From: a virus
Lineage: Duplodnaviria > Heunggongvirae > Uroviricota > Caudoviricetes
Reading direction: 5' to 3' (one strand)
IMG/VR virus record: IMGVR_UViG_3300042514_001345
Length of the DNA: 64,000 nucleotides
Shown here piece by piece: positions 9,401 through 18,933 of the stretch (within the stretch, counting starts at the first letter, position 1; the number at the start of each line of letters is the position of its first letter). The translations under genes and the position numbers were made by a program. The notes beneath the pieces were generated by a model. That model made no database searches and was not told the origin of the DNA. It was given only the letters and a program-made list of their open reading frames with translations.

Positions 9401-11276
9401 AAAAATCGCAGCGCCAATTACATTCTTATGTCGTCACACAAAAGTAAATTTAAATTATACTTCAGTTGATGAAACAGTAGAAAGTGAGGGGTTTGACCCA
9501 TATGACAGTGAACCACTACAAGATTTTGGTAGTGAGCGTGTTTACCCACCAAAAATCGAGATTGATGTTGAAACCGATACTGTTAATAGAAAACCACCAT
9601 TGGATGCGTTGAAATTAATAATAATGAAAATATTATCAGAATGTTTTTATTTTCAACAATTAGAGGAATCATCACCGTTAGCATATAGTGCCTTAAAGGA
9701 CAAATTAAAATATTTTCACCCAGCGTTCCATTCGATGACACCTGAGGGATTAAATTCTAGATTAACATTTTTACAACAATGTTTAAGACCTGGAGACACC
9801 ATCCCAATTAAGGATATTAGTGACATCATGAATCTAGATGCTAGAAATACAACTTTTGGTCCACCACCAATTTGTGTATTGAGAATTGGTGACTTTTATC
9901 ATTCAAAAGTTATTATTGGTAATATACAAATAAACTACGATGATGCGCCTTTAGATATGAATCCAGAGGGTATCGGTATTCAACCCATGATTGCCAACGT
10001 TACGATGCAAATTAGTTTTATCGGCGGTCAAGGATTAAAAGAACCAGTTGCTAAGTTACAAAATGCATTGAGTTTTAACTTTTATGGAAACACTGAAGTT
10101 TATGATCATCGCTCAACAGCAACTGAAGACAGAACGAAATTCAATATAGCTGAATTAACAAAAATTTTAGAATCAGCACCTAAAACACCTACAAAACCAA
10201 CAGTTAGTGAATCACCAAACAAACCAATTGATGGCACATATATTGGTTTACTAGAAGGAACTGATAAATTATCTTACTTACCATACGTTTTAGAACAAGG
10301 CGAGAATAGTATATTTGAATCTACAAAATTATACTTTGATAGTTTAAAAACGAAATATAATGAGTTATTGGTTATTAATGGACCATTGTTAATGCCATTA
10401 TTCATTTCACCAAATTATAGAAAAAAATATAAAATGGATGTAAATGATTCTGTTTCAACAACAACTGAAATTGAATTATTGGGGGTATATGATAGTAAAA
10501 CAGATTATTCAATATTGGTTAATAATTTTAATCAGGGATTAACTAAAAAAGTTAATAGTATTTCTAGCATAAGTACCTTTTTTGAATTTGATTCATTCTT
10601 ACAGGATTATAAAATTACTCAATCAGATTTAATTTTAAAGCAGTTTATTTTAGATTTAATTAAAACAAAAATATCTGATCTTGAGGGTGTTAAATTAACT
10701 GAGATAGAATCAGCAAGAAATAAAGTTGTCCAAATTTTTGATAAATTAAATTTTATTTTAAGTACAAATGGCAAGGACGGTAAAACAGATAAAGAAACTA
10801 TAACAGGAAAACAAGCAGCTAATTTTATACCTGCCGATTTTTACGATAGATATAAAAAGGTTATTACTTTCATACAAAAAGAACACCCTGAATCATTTAC
10901 GAATGATTTAACCACAACTATTGATTTTATTTCAGTACATAATACAACATTACCTGATGATGTTTTTAAAGACCTTATTGGGTATTTTATAACTGAAGCG
11001 GATATAACAAAATTAGAAACACTTTATAAGGATTCACCAGATACTCTTTTCTTTACTCCTAATATAATTTCTAAAATGAGTAAAAAAATGAAAAAATTGA
11101 TACTCACAACTAAAGAAAAGAAAATTAAATTTAAACATCCAAATGTTAAAGATACAAATCCATTATTATATGCTATTACCGATGTAACATTAACGGGACC
11201 AGAAAATGAAAAATTAAAAAAAGTGCTAAACTCAAAAGATAATAGTAGTGGAGTTAAATTAAATTATTTAAGATGA
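6492..11276 (+). CDS. Large baseplate / tube-initiator protein (gp48/gp54-like segments) with an internal OmpA-C-like domain
   Basis: Tube-like segments VMWFPPYDLKF..IGRPEPIYTYQNAERSG and PPICVLRIGDFYHSKVII..PMIANVTM flank LYFRNDQP..YNIKLAFRRSDSVAKYV..LGE. Confidence 0.6.
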   Translation: MPSYLDFDSTKKLRDAMLAKTLVQPNGPQTFTSGNYSIQNTSNFANVDPGEVSDQRPKLLLDASNSNTFKPEIYVVKENIDVLPRRANLGLYPYFQRDQDHSLISILTTDKYDDESELFKFAASNIKTATEGPIQARIRQNLLANTLSKVRILDALAGNTNTAIGLISGREPLVEKNYKITVAKSLAGKVIDFAQTVAGVEFPWSEIPGDYLSNPANPVKYRPEARTGLGRAFQDVTGVLGSLIGIERRPKRSRKPSDLLIEYMGNGQLQTLYNNLTFSKYKPDYTTTARSQQSSKLFNFPNQIAQGIKNILGVEAPRGNAYIGDDRGEDVMYAISDFNDRPVRSGYYLSLMFDETATKLFHKDKNISDGGQIGGKLTWVSRQSNEKIKGVHNAEWQSEASRHAESLSTAYEFREDSILGETQRLLNTLPENGGEAKGHVANAIDQTSRVFREGETMLSRGSAIKYIDKFSGEESGIEYCRVWTKDRSYMNYSDTMKRTGLIRNFKESVMTTPWNLNIAPMSNGQRGKDAFNGSTNIINGQAKKYMFSIENLAWKTSNKPGFTYNDLPYCERGPNGGRVMWFPPYDLKFQETNTANWETTKFIGRPEPIYTYQNAERSGTVSFKVVVDHPSVLNLLVKKRFEGMSDEESTNYINSFFAGCEQLDFYDLIRRYGNLESEEIEIIQIWLSYYRDGKTSDDYLKLKFKRTAGEIVSTNPNNSDGLLPYQSEPFDTGGASGQPVSFDGDLYFRNDQPHPQDGLYADSDYEAQYTSYVALKSTYQSKLATGLASIFASNSASNKKDRNTLYNNENPDPSVTGKTVTELNEGFTKLDTNYNKLKDATAAIKKDIEAKKIKEVKLEMQSSTSFVADEKYNIKLAFRRSDSVAKYVLKSISKSGTVPSFTWKATPAELKSNPAQRTEEITISFKDLGYSDDIQGNVIIKFVMLGENTKNSDCGGLDCHGIELLNTSGLKIAAPITFLCRHTKVNLNYTSVDETVESEGFDPYDSEPLQDFGSERVYPPKIEIDVETDTVNRKPPLDALKLIIMKILSECFYFQQLEESSPLAYSALKDKLKYFHPAFHSMTPEGLNSRLTFLQQCLRPGDTIPIKDISDIMNLDARNTTFGPPPICVLRIGDFYHSKVIIGNIQINYDDAPLDMNPEGIGIQPMIANVTMQISFIGGQGLKEPVAKLQNALSFNFYGNTEVYDHRSTATEDRTKFNIAELTKILESAPKTPTKPTVSESPNKPIDGTYIGLLEGTDKLSYLPYVLEQGENSIFESTKLYFDSLKTKYNELLVINGPLLMPLFISPNYRKKYKMDVNDSVSTTTEIELLGVYDSKTDYSILVNNFNQGLTKKVNSISSISTFFEFDSFLQDYKITQSDLILKQFILDLIKTKISDLEGVKLTEIESARNKVVQIFDKLNFILSTNGKDGKTDKETITGKQAANFIPADFYDRYKKVITFIQKEHPESFTNDLTTTIDFISVHNTTLPDDVFKDLIGYFITEADITKLETLYKDSPDTLFFTPNIISKMSKKMKKLILTTKEKKIKFKHPNVKDTNPLLYAITDVTLTGPENEKLKKVLNSKDNSSGVKLNYLR

Positions 11277-11593
11277 ACCAATATTTTGACAGGTATCAAT
11301 ATTTTGTAGAAGATGAAGAACACAAAATTGTTCCAGGTATTGAAATACCTGTTAAATCTAGTGACAAATATATCCAATACAGAAAAAATAAAGATAGATT
11401 AGATAAACTTTCACAAGAATTTTACAATTCACCCTTATTTGGTTGGATAATCATGATGGCAAACCCTAGTTCTGGTTCTATGGAGTTTGAAATTCCGGAT
11501 AATACTACAATAAGAATACCTTTTCCGCTAGTTAACACTTTACAAGATTATAAAAGAGGGGTAGAATTGTATAAACTATATTATGGCGAATAA
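11273..11593 (+). CDS. LysM-like baseplate protein (T4 gp53 / P2 gpX-like)
   Basis: DRLDKLSQEFYNSPLFGWIIMMANP..TTIRIP; usual position before the hub. Confidence 0.8.
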   Translation: MNQYFDRYQYFVEDEEHKIVPGIEIPVKSSDKYIQYRKNKDRLDKLSQEFYNSPLFGWIIMMANPSSGSMEFEIPDNTTIRIPFPLVNTLQDYKRGVELYKLYYGE

Positions 11594-14500
11594 TAGAATC
11601 AGCATCAATGAAAACATACTTGTCAAAGTCGACCAACAAAACCTTGTTTATATCGACCCATCTAGTATTGTTGATAATGATGGTGAAATACATAGTAGAT
11701 TGGTTGACCATGAAAACTTGGTCATGTATGTTAATCTAGAAGCCGATTTAGTTCCTAGAACAACTTTATTTTCTAACGGTGATGAAAACACAATGATTTC
11801 AATTGCTGGCGGGGAATTAAATTTTTTACGTAATCAAAATGGTCAAAACTACGATACTAGTTGGACAGACGTTTTCACCCCAGCAGCTAATGATGCTTTA
11901 TCATCAAACGTAGATGTTCAAGAAAAAATATCTGACGGCTCTGGTCAAAGTTTCGGTTTTGAAAGTATTAATATTGTTACTAAAGGTGCAAACGCAATAC
12001 CAGAGGTTAGTATTAATTTAATCGATGCTAGAGGTAAAACATTATTTGAATCACCCAAAAATTCACCATACCAAGCATTTTTTCATTTACCTTGGCCGAT
12101 ATTTTATTTAACGGTAAAAGGGTATTACGGTAAAGCAATTCGTTATAGATTGCACATGGTTGATTTTAAAAGTAAGTTCAATGGTACATCCGGAAATTTT
12201 GAAATTACTACAAAATTTGTTGGTTCAACTTTTGCTTATTTAAACGACATATTATTACAAAATATTTTAGCTGCGCCATATATGTATATGGTCGAAAACT
12301 CTGAACCATATCGCGAAAACACAAAAACAGGTTTAATTGAGAAAAAAATATCTCAATCAACAAAGGGTTATTCTATCTTAAAATCGGTATACTCCGACTA
12401 TAAGAATAAAAAACTAATTCCAGAAAACTTTCCAATTAAAACATTAAGAGATTTAGTTATGACCGCAGAATCTGCGGAAAGATTATTGGAAACACAAATT
12501 TTTAAAAATGTTGTTGACTTTAAAGTTTTAGGTTCTGTTAAAGAGTATGAAAATATTATTACAGCTTTTCAAAAAGGTATTGATGCCTGGGGTAGGTCTT
12601 ATTTAAATTTAGGACAACCAGATAATCCGGAAAATGACGGTGTTGCATATTATCCATTGACAAAAGTTGCAAGTGAAGAAGATACCAAGGCGGGTAGTAT
12701 TAGTTTAAGTAGTATAACGGGTACAACTAAAAATGCACTTAACAAGAAAATAAATGAATACAAAGAAAGAGCGTACAATAATCAAGCGTTTGGTGTCACT
12801 TTAGATAAAAACCTAATTAAAGATACCGGTATATCATTAAAAACAATAACATTTGATAGGGTTTTAAATAAAAGGTATTATAGTACAAAGGGCGGTAAAG
12901 TTAGTGTTGCGTTTGATATTTTGGTTAACGACATCAATGATATTAAAAACGAATTTGTTGCACAAAGAAATGAATTAGAAAACAAGTTGGAAACCAAAAT
13001 GAATGAAATCATTGAAAACGATTCAGATTTAGGTATCGGGTTTAAACCAACAATCAGAAATATATTTGCCGTGATATGTGCTAATGCAGACACTTACATT
13101 CGTTTAATGAAAGATGTTCACGTTAAAGCAATTCAAAGTTCAAAAGAAAGACAATCAATACTAACAGCAAGAAGTATTGTAGATAACAAAAATGAGGGAT
13201 TATATCCTTGGCCACAAGTTAAGAAACAAATTAACGAAAACACGTCAACTTTAATGTATCCAGGCGACGCACAAATCGCAAATGGCATTAAAGCAAATGA
13301 CCCAATTATTTGGCCGGAAGTTGAATTTATTGAGACATACGAATCTGTTGCAACTAAAAGAGTTGATCCATTAACAAATAATGAAATTGATGTTAGTAAG
13401 TTAAATTACATATTCCCTAAAGATAATGATGATAGAGTTGTTAATAATATCTCAACATTATTTAACATATCAAATATGAAGGGATATAATGATAAAACAA
13501 TTAGTAATTTATTGTATGAAGTATATGAAAGAGGTTTTTATTCAACATCATATGAGTCATTTTCAACAGACGCTATTGTAGAATTAAGAGATAAGGAGTA
13601 TGAAACAATTGAGGGAGCGTTAAATAACGATCCTGATTTAAAAGCAATGTTAAGAGGTCCGATATATAAAGAATATCTTTTATCCGGAACCGCTGGGTAT
13701 GAAAAATATTTAACAAGTTATTCTCCATTTGAAAGACACCCTTATTACAAAGACAAGATAGCAACTGTTGATTATTTAAAAGAGATAATTGAAAGAGATT
13801 TTAAAATTGAAGAATATGATAAAATTAGAAAAGTTGATTATACAGATGGTTCATATGACGCTTTAAAAAATAGTATAAAAAAATACGAGGTTCAAGAATA
13901 TCGATTTGAAGAATATCCGTTTGGTTCAACAACATATAAGAATTACTTAGGTAGAGCACTAAATGGTGACGATTTTAAGTTTAATGATATATTGTCAATA
14001 AATTCAAATGATTCATTTATTAGTTCACCTATTGAACCTAAAATGTGGATTAATGACACGTATAAAGATAATTTATTTATAAATAAAATTGAATTAAGTG
14101 GAACTACTAGAAACATATTAAATACACCATATTTCCACAACCAAATATATTCTGACTTTTTTAAAGGTGGTAACGTAGGAAGATACTCTGGTTCAGCATA
14201 TCTTTTATTAAACTCATTACCATTTAAGGATTTAGATGATATTATAGAGTATAATGGTAATAGTAAAATATTAATGTCTAACCTTTTTAGAGAGGTTGGC
14301 GCATCGCATTTTATACCATACCATTTAATTTTAAAATGGGGGTCAATCTACCATAGATATAAAAAATATTTAACTGAAGGTGTTGATATAATTTCTGGTG
14401 TTACAAATTCAATTACATCTAGTAAATTTTTTGATAACACGTCAGGTACCACGTTTAATTATGGTGGTGATACAACATATGTTAGTGGATCAACAATTTA

Positions 14501-17324
14501 TACAACTGGAACAACAAGTTCTTTCCCAGTAGAAACTGTTGGTTTTTACCCATTATATCAAGACATCTTTCATCAAGTGGTTAACGGATATGTTTATTTT
14601 TCACCAGGCACTACCACTGGAAATGAGAAAGCAGGGGATTTAGTTTTGAATAGTTCCGAAATGAAAACAAACTTTGCATCTGCTTATAGTTCTGGAGCTG
14701 TTAGAAAATTAACATCATTACCATATCAAAGTAATGGTATCACATTATCATTTATGGTGGACAATTCAATACTTTCATCAAGTAATGCAAACTATACTGT
14801 GTTACCTTCTTTTGGTGGAAATCAACTTAAGGATTTAGAAACTGATTACAAACAAATTGAACAAGATTCATTTAAATTAATTTGGGACCCAGAAAACGAA
14901 GATTATCCAAATTATAGTGGGTTGACAATGCCAACATATGGTGAGAAATTTAAAACAATTACAACTAATGAATATTCGTTAAAAGGAAATAAAAGAAAGG
15001 TAATTGATTTGATGGCAACATTTAGCCCAAAAATGTTAGATGACTTTGAAGCCATGTTTTTAGAGTTCTCAACATTAAAATTAAACACAGACGGTAAAAC
15101 AACAACAACTAGTTACAAGCACAGTAATTTTCAAGAATTATTAAGGGAAATTGTTACATTAAAAAAAGCAAATGTAACAGCAACTGATTTTAATTCGATA
15201 ATAAAAGAACAAATAGTTGTATTAAAAAATATAACTGACGACATTTTAAAGAATGAAAACCTAGTTAAGTTAACAATTGGGAATGCAAAACAAATTGATA
15301 ATTACACATTATACGGTGCTGCTGGGTTAGTCAAAACATATTCAGATAATGATTTTGATGTTTCACAGGTTACTTCAGATAATTTAAATTTAATTAAATT
15401 ATATGTTGGTGAAGATATTGACGGGCATTATTTAGATTATTTCGCCACAACCAATGTTGAATTAAATGAGGAAAACATCTATTCACATAGATTACTAGCT
15501 AGAATATATGCGGGGTATTTAGCTAAGAACTTAGTGGATAACCCATCATATAACCCTACTGTAACAACCTTTAGAGCATATCTAAATGAGAATATAGTAA
15601 TCCCACAAGAAAAAAGATTTGATACATATTTTAATGGATTGATGTTGAAGGTTGGAAAATTACCAATCGACACAACGACTCCAGTAACGGTTTATAGAGG
15701 TTTTAATACCGACAAGACAACTAAATTAGAAACCTACAATTTCTTTAAATCGTTTAATGATAAATGGGTTTCTGGTAATTCATTAGGACAAAGAAATCTT
15801 TTGGAAGAATTTTTATTCTTAGATAGAGCTAATAAGGATATTGGCAACGAACTATACATGAGTTTGGATAGATTAAAACCATTGGCAGACCCAAGAAATG
15901 CAAATAAAAGTTTATTGGGTATGATTTCAATTTTAATTCAAGGTAATAATATTGACTTTAGACCATTACCGGCCTACGTTAATTTTTATGGTACAAACTT
16001 TTCTGACAAGAAAAGAATTACCCCATCCAAAAATCTTGCTAGAAATTTATTTGGAACATTTTTAGAAGTTGACTATCAAGAATCATCTCCTAAAATGATT
16101 TTACAATATATAGGACCATCATCAAAACACTTATCAATGGGTGAGGTTAGTCCAAAAAACAAATTTAAGAATGACGGTGCCGATATTCGTAATGTTAATA
16201 AAAATCCATTATTAGTTTCACAACAACTGTTTATGGATACAGATTTTAGTAAGTCAAATAGGGTTGTGGGTTTTGAGGTTAATTTTGGGGATCAAGCACA
16301 AAGTATGTTTAAAAACGTTTCGTTAAGTCAAGATTCTAAAACACCAACATCAGAAACATTCTTGGCGTATGAAAATTTAGGTAGGTCACAATCTGGTTCT
16401 AACACATATCAAGTAGATGTTAATTTATTTGATTTGTATAGAACATATTCATACACATGTGAGGTTTCTTCTATGGGTAACGCTATGATACAACCAACAA
16501 TGTATTTTTATTTAAATAATATACCTATGTTTGAAGGTACATATTTTATCACCGAAGTTTCTCACAGTATTAAAGCGAATCAAATTGACACAACTTTTAA
16601 AGGCGCTAGAATACCCAACGATAATTTACCAAACATAAAGGATAGTTTTGTTGCGGCATATAGACCATTATTTGACAAAATATTAAAGGCCGCGTTTAAG
16701 AAAAAACAAGAAGCAAATGCTGTTACAACCACAACCAAGAGTGCAACGATAAACGGTAAAACTGTTGAATACGACTTAGGACCACTTAATGTTAATGGGG
16801 AAGTTGTGTTAAGTGAATCCGGATTCCTTTCAGGTATCCCATACAACGGTCAGAACGGTGAAAAATATATCCAATATGTTGAACACACAATTAACGGTGT
16901 TAAAGACAAGTGGCTACGTGCTAGAGTGGTTCAAATGGGTGGGCCGAACTACACATTACCTAACAACACAGAAATGACCGTTACAACAAAAGCTCAAAAC
17001 AACAATATTTTAACATTTGGCGACATTAATGAAAATATTGATTATTACTTCTCAACTAGATTCGATTTTTCAAACAAGTCAGCATCTGAGATATCAAATA
17101 TCAATATGATATTCTATAACCCATTTTTGGCTAAGAATACCACTGATACAGGTGTTCCAAATCCATTAAAAGTTCTACCTTCAATAAACTTTACAACTGG
17201 TCTGTTTTCTGGCGCGGTACATAATGGTTTACCAGATACAACTTATGGTATAGCAATGTCACCCCAATTAATGAGGAAGTTAAAAGTGCAAGACGGTTAC
17301 GTTATTTATTTTAAGCCCGAATAG
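11583..17324 (+). CDS. Very large baseplate hub protein (gp27/gpD-like termini)
   Basis: 1913 aa. C-terminal GNAMIQPTMYFYL..FEGTYFITEVSHSI..TTFKG resembles gp27/gpD hub ends. Follows the LysM gene. Confidence 0.6.
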   Translation: MANNRISINENILVKVDQQNLVYIDPSSIVDNDGEIHSRLVDHENLVMYVNLEADLVPRTTLFSNGDENTMISIAGGELNFLRNQNGQNYDTSWTDVFTPAANDALSSNVDVQEKISDGSGQSFGFESINIVTKGANAIPEVSINLIDARGKTLFESPKNSPYQAFFHLPWPIFYLTVKGYYGKAIRYRLHMVDFKSKFNGTSGNFEITTKFVGSTFAYLNDILLQNILAAPYMYMVENSEPYRENTKTGLIEKKISQSTKGYSILKSVYSDYKNKKLIPENFPIKTLRDLVMTAESAERLLETQIFKNVVDFKVLGSVKEYENIITAFQKGIDAWGRSYLNLGQPDNPENDGVAYYPLTKVASEEDTKAGSISLSSITGTTKNALNKKINEYKERAYNNQAFGVTLDKNLIKDTGISLKTITFDRVLNKRYYSTKGGKVSVAFDILVNDINDIKNEFVAQRNELENKLETKMNEIIENDSDLGIGFKPTIRNIFAVICANADTYIRLMKDVHVKAIQSSKERQSILTARSIVDNKNEGLYPWPQVKKQINENTSTLMYPGDAQIANGIKANDPIIWPEVEFIETYESVATKRVDPLTNNEIDVSKLNYIFPKDNDDRVVNNISTLFNISNMKGYNDKTISNLLYEVYERGFYSTSYESFSTDAIVELRDKEYETIEGALNNDPDLKAMLRGPIYKEYLLSGTAGYEKYLTSYSPFERHPYYKDKIATVDYLKEIIERDFKIEEYDKIRKVDYTDGSYDALKNSIKKYEVQEYRFEEYPFGSTTYKNYLGRALNGDDFKFNDILSINSNDSFISSPIEPKMWINDTYKDNLFINKIELSGTTRNILNTPYFHNQIYSDFFKGGNVGRYSGSAYLLLNSLPFKDLDDIIEYNGNSKILMSNLFREVGASHFIPYHLILKWGSIYHRYKKYLTEGVDIISGVTNSITSSKFFDNTSGTTFNYGGDTTYVSGSTIYTTGTTSSFPVETVGFYPLYQDIFHQVVNGYVYFSPGTTTGNEKAGDLVLNSSEMKTNFASAYSSGAVRKLTSLPYQSNGITLSFMVDNSILSSSNANYTVLPSFGGNQLKDLETDYKQIEQDSFKLIWDPENEDYPNYSGLTMPTYGEKFKTITTNEYSLKGNKRKVIDLMATFSPKMLDDFEAMFLEFSTLKLNTDGKTTTTSYKHSNFQELLREIVTLKKANVTATDFNSIIKEQIVVLKNITDDILKNENLVKLTIGNAKQIDNYTLYGAAGLVKTYSDNDFDVSQVTSDNLNLIKLYVGEDIDGHYLDYFATTNVELNEENIYSHRLLARIYAGYLAKNLVDNPSYNPTVTTFRAYLNENIVIPQEKRFDTYFNGLMLKVGKLPIDTTTPVTVYRGFNTDKTTKLETYNFFKSFNDKWVSGNSLGQRNLLEEFLFLDRANKDIGNELYMSLDRLKPLADPRNANKSLLGMISILIQGNNIDFRPLPAYVNFYGTNFSDKKRITPSKNLARNLFGTFLEVDYQESSPKMILQYIGPSSKHLSMGEVSPKNKFKNDGADIRNVNKNPLLVSQQLFMDTDFSKSNRVVGFEVNFGDQAQSMFKNVSLSQDSKTPTSETFLAYENLGRSQSGSNTYQVDVNLFDLYRTYSYTCEVSSMGNAMIQPTMYFYLNNIPMFEGTYFITEVSHSIKANQIDTTFKGARIPNDNLPNIKDSFVAAYRPLFDKILKAAFKKKQEANAVTTTTKSATINGKTVEYDLGPLNVNGEVVLSESGFLSGIPYNGQNGEKYIQYVEHTINGVKDKWLRARVVQMGGPNYTLPNNTEMTVTTKAQNNNILTFGDINENIDYYFSTRFDFSNKSASEISNINMIFYNPFLAKNTTDTGVPNPLKVLPSINFTTGLFSGAVHNGLPDTTYGIAMSPQLMRKLKVQDGYVIYFKPE

Positions 17325-17345
17325 TGAAAATTAAGATTTTTTAGA

Positions 17346-17353
17346 TATTTATA
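17346..17353 (+). promoter_or_regulatory. Candidate late promoter TATTTATA
   Basis: 10 nt before ATG 17364. Confidence 0.6.
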
Positions 17354-17363
17354 AAATAAAGTT

Positions 17364-17564
17364 ATGGAAAATAATAGAAACAGTTCAATAGATCAGTTCT
17401 TAAATCCAAAAATGGTTAAAACCCAATCTGAGGATGGAAAAGAACAAGAGGTTTGTGACTTACAAACCGGGGAGTGTTATACAATTAAGTCAAAAGACGG
17501 TATTGTTGAAAGAATAAATAAAAAATATATTACCGAAGACGGTAGACAATTATTACAAGATTAA
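17364..17564 (+). CDS. Hypothetical protein (66 aa, CDLQTGEC motif)
   Basis: A-rich leader, follows the late motif, tight packing. Confidence 0.7.
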   Translation: MENNRNSSIDQFLNPKMVKTQSEDGKEQEVCDLQTGECYTIKSKDGIVERINKKYITEDGRQLLQD

Positions 17565-17568
17565 AATC

Positions 17569-18195
17569 ATGCTAGAAAAAAAACTCCTTGAAGAATTAAA
17601 CAGATTTAAAAGTATTAATAGAAATGCTTCAAATTTGAATGAACAGGAATTACCAGCGCCTCCACCACCAGCCGATCCTGCGGCGTCACTAACTCCAGCA
17701 CCAGAAGACGCTCCAGCAGCGGATTTAGGGGCACTTCCAGAAAATCCGGCGTTAGATGCTCCAGCAGCAGGCGGTGATACTGAAGAAGTCGATGTTACCG
17801 AATTGGTTAACATGACAAAAAATATAAAAAATGACTTAGAATCGTCAAAAGGTGAAAATACCGCCGTTTTACAAAAAATGGATGACGCGTTCAGTAAGTT
17901 AGCTGATTTGGAAACAAAATTAGCGCAGATGGATCAGGTTTTATTAAAAATAGACGAATTAGGTTCTAAAATTGAATCAATGAAACCAACAACTCCACAA
18001 GAGAAATTGGAAATGCGTTCATTGGACTCATATCCTTTTAACCAAAAACCTAATGATTTTTTCTCAATGAAGCAAGCTGAAATGCAAGCATCAGGTAAAA
18101 ACGAATACGTTTTAACTAAAAATGACATTGAAAATTACTCTAAGGATGAAATAGCAAAAACATTCAACCCATTACAAGATGATACTCAATACTAG
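17569..18195 (+). CDS. Hypothetical acidic Pro/Ala-rich coiled-coil protein (possible head-internal or scaffold protein)
   Basis: N-terminal KKLLEELNRFK, PAPPPPADPAA low-complexity tract, heptad region. Confidence 0.6.
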   Translation: MLEKKLLEELNRFKSINRNASNLNEQELPAPPPPADPAASLTPAPEDAPAADLGALPENPALDAPAAGGDTEEVDVTELVNMTKNIKNDLESSKGENTAVLQKMDDAFSKLADLETKLAQMDQVLLKIDELGSKIESMKPTTPQEKLEMRSLDSYPFNQKPNDFFSMKQAEMQASGKNEYVLTKNDIENYSKDEIAKTFNPLQDDTQY

Positions 18196-18553
18196 TGTTC
18201 AAAAATTTTTAGAAATACAGGTCCAATTAAGAATATTACATTGGCAAACTAAAGGATATGCAAGACATATCGCATTTGGTAAAACATACTCAACATTAGA
18301 AGGTTTTATCGACACGTATGTTGAAACGGCTATGGGTAAACAAGGTAGATTTGTTTTGGAAGAGCAAGACAAGAATATTAGAATTGACAATTTAACGGAT
18401 GTTAAAATTGTTGAATTTTTACAAAATATTAAAGGTTTTTTAATTTCATTAAGTAATGAATTAGAACCAACTAAAGATAGTGATTTGTTAAATATTAGAG
18501 ACGAAATGTTGGCAACAATAAACAAATTAGCTTACAAATTAACATTAGAATAA
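18179..18553 (+). CDS. Ferritin/Dps-like four-helix protein (DUF5856-like)
   Basis: QLRILHWQT..YARHIA..Y..LEGFID.YVE..MGK.GR pattern. Confidence 0.7.
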   Translation: MILNTSVQKFLEIQVQLRILHWQTKGYARHIAFGKTYSTLEGFIDTYVETAMGKQGRFVLEEQDKNIRIDNLTDVKIVEFLQNIKGFLISLSNELEPTKDSDLLNIRDEMLATINKLAYKLTLE

Positions 18554-18565
18554 AATATATAGAAA

Positions 18566-18808
18566 ATGATATCAGGTTCATTAGCAACAACAAACACAGA
18601 TTCGACAAGAAGTTCATTATCATATGTGAATAATGTGATAACCGGCGCAACGTCTCAAGGACAGTACAATGCTTTTATTGACGAAAGAAGTATGGATGAT
18701 AATATGGCAAATGTGTTAAAAAACACTTATGGGTATAATGTCACTAAAAGAACGGATTCTATGGGTACTTTTGCGAACTACTTAATTAATTGGGGGGAAC
18801 CTACCTAA
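18566..18808 (+). CDS. Hypothetical protein (80 aa)
   Basis: Co-oriented ORF with A-rich leader. Confidence 0.65.
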   Translation: MISGSLATTNTDSTRSSLSYVNNVITGATSQGQYNAFIDERSMDDNMANVLKNTYGYNVTKRTDSMGTFANYLINWGEPT

Positions 18809-18857
18809 GGTTCTAACACGCTATTTAGCTAAAAAAACGATTTTTATTAAAATAATT

Positions 18858-18887
18858 AACCTGGATTTTTTAATTCGGGTTTTTTTA
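18858..18887 (+). terminator. Intrinsic terminator ending the small late-gene block
   Basis: AACCTGGA / TTCGGGTT stem with a T-rich tail. Confidence 0.55.
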
Positions 18888-18897
18888 TTTATATTAG
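18886..18897 (+). promoter_or_regulatory. Composite promoter TATTTATATTAG (late motif overlapping the host-type -7 box) for ssb
   Basis: TATTTATA at 18886-18893 overlaps TATATTAG at 18890-18897. Confidence 0.5.
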
Positions 18898-18933
18898 CTC
18901 ATAACAAAATTTATTCATTTAAAACGTAACATT

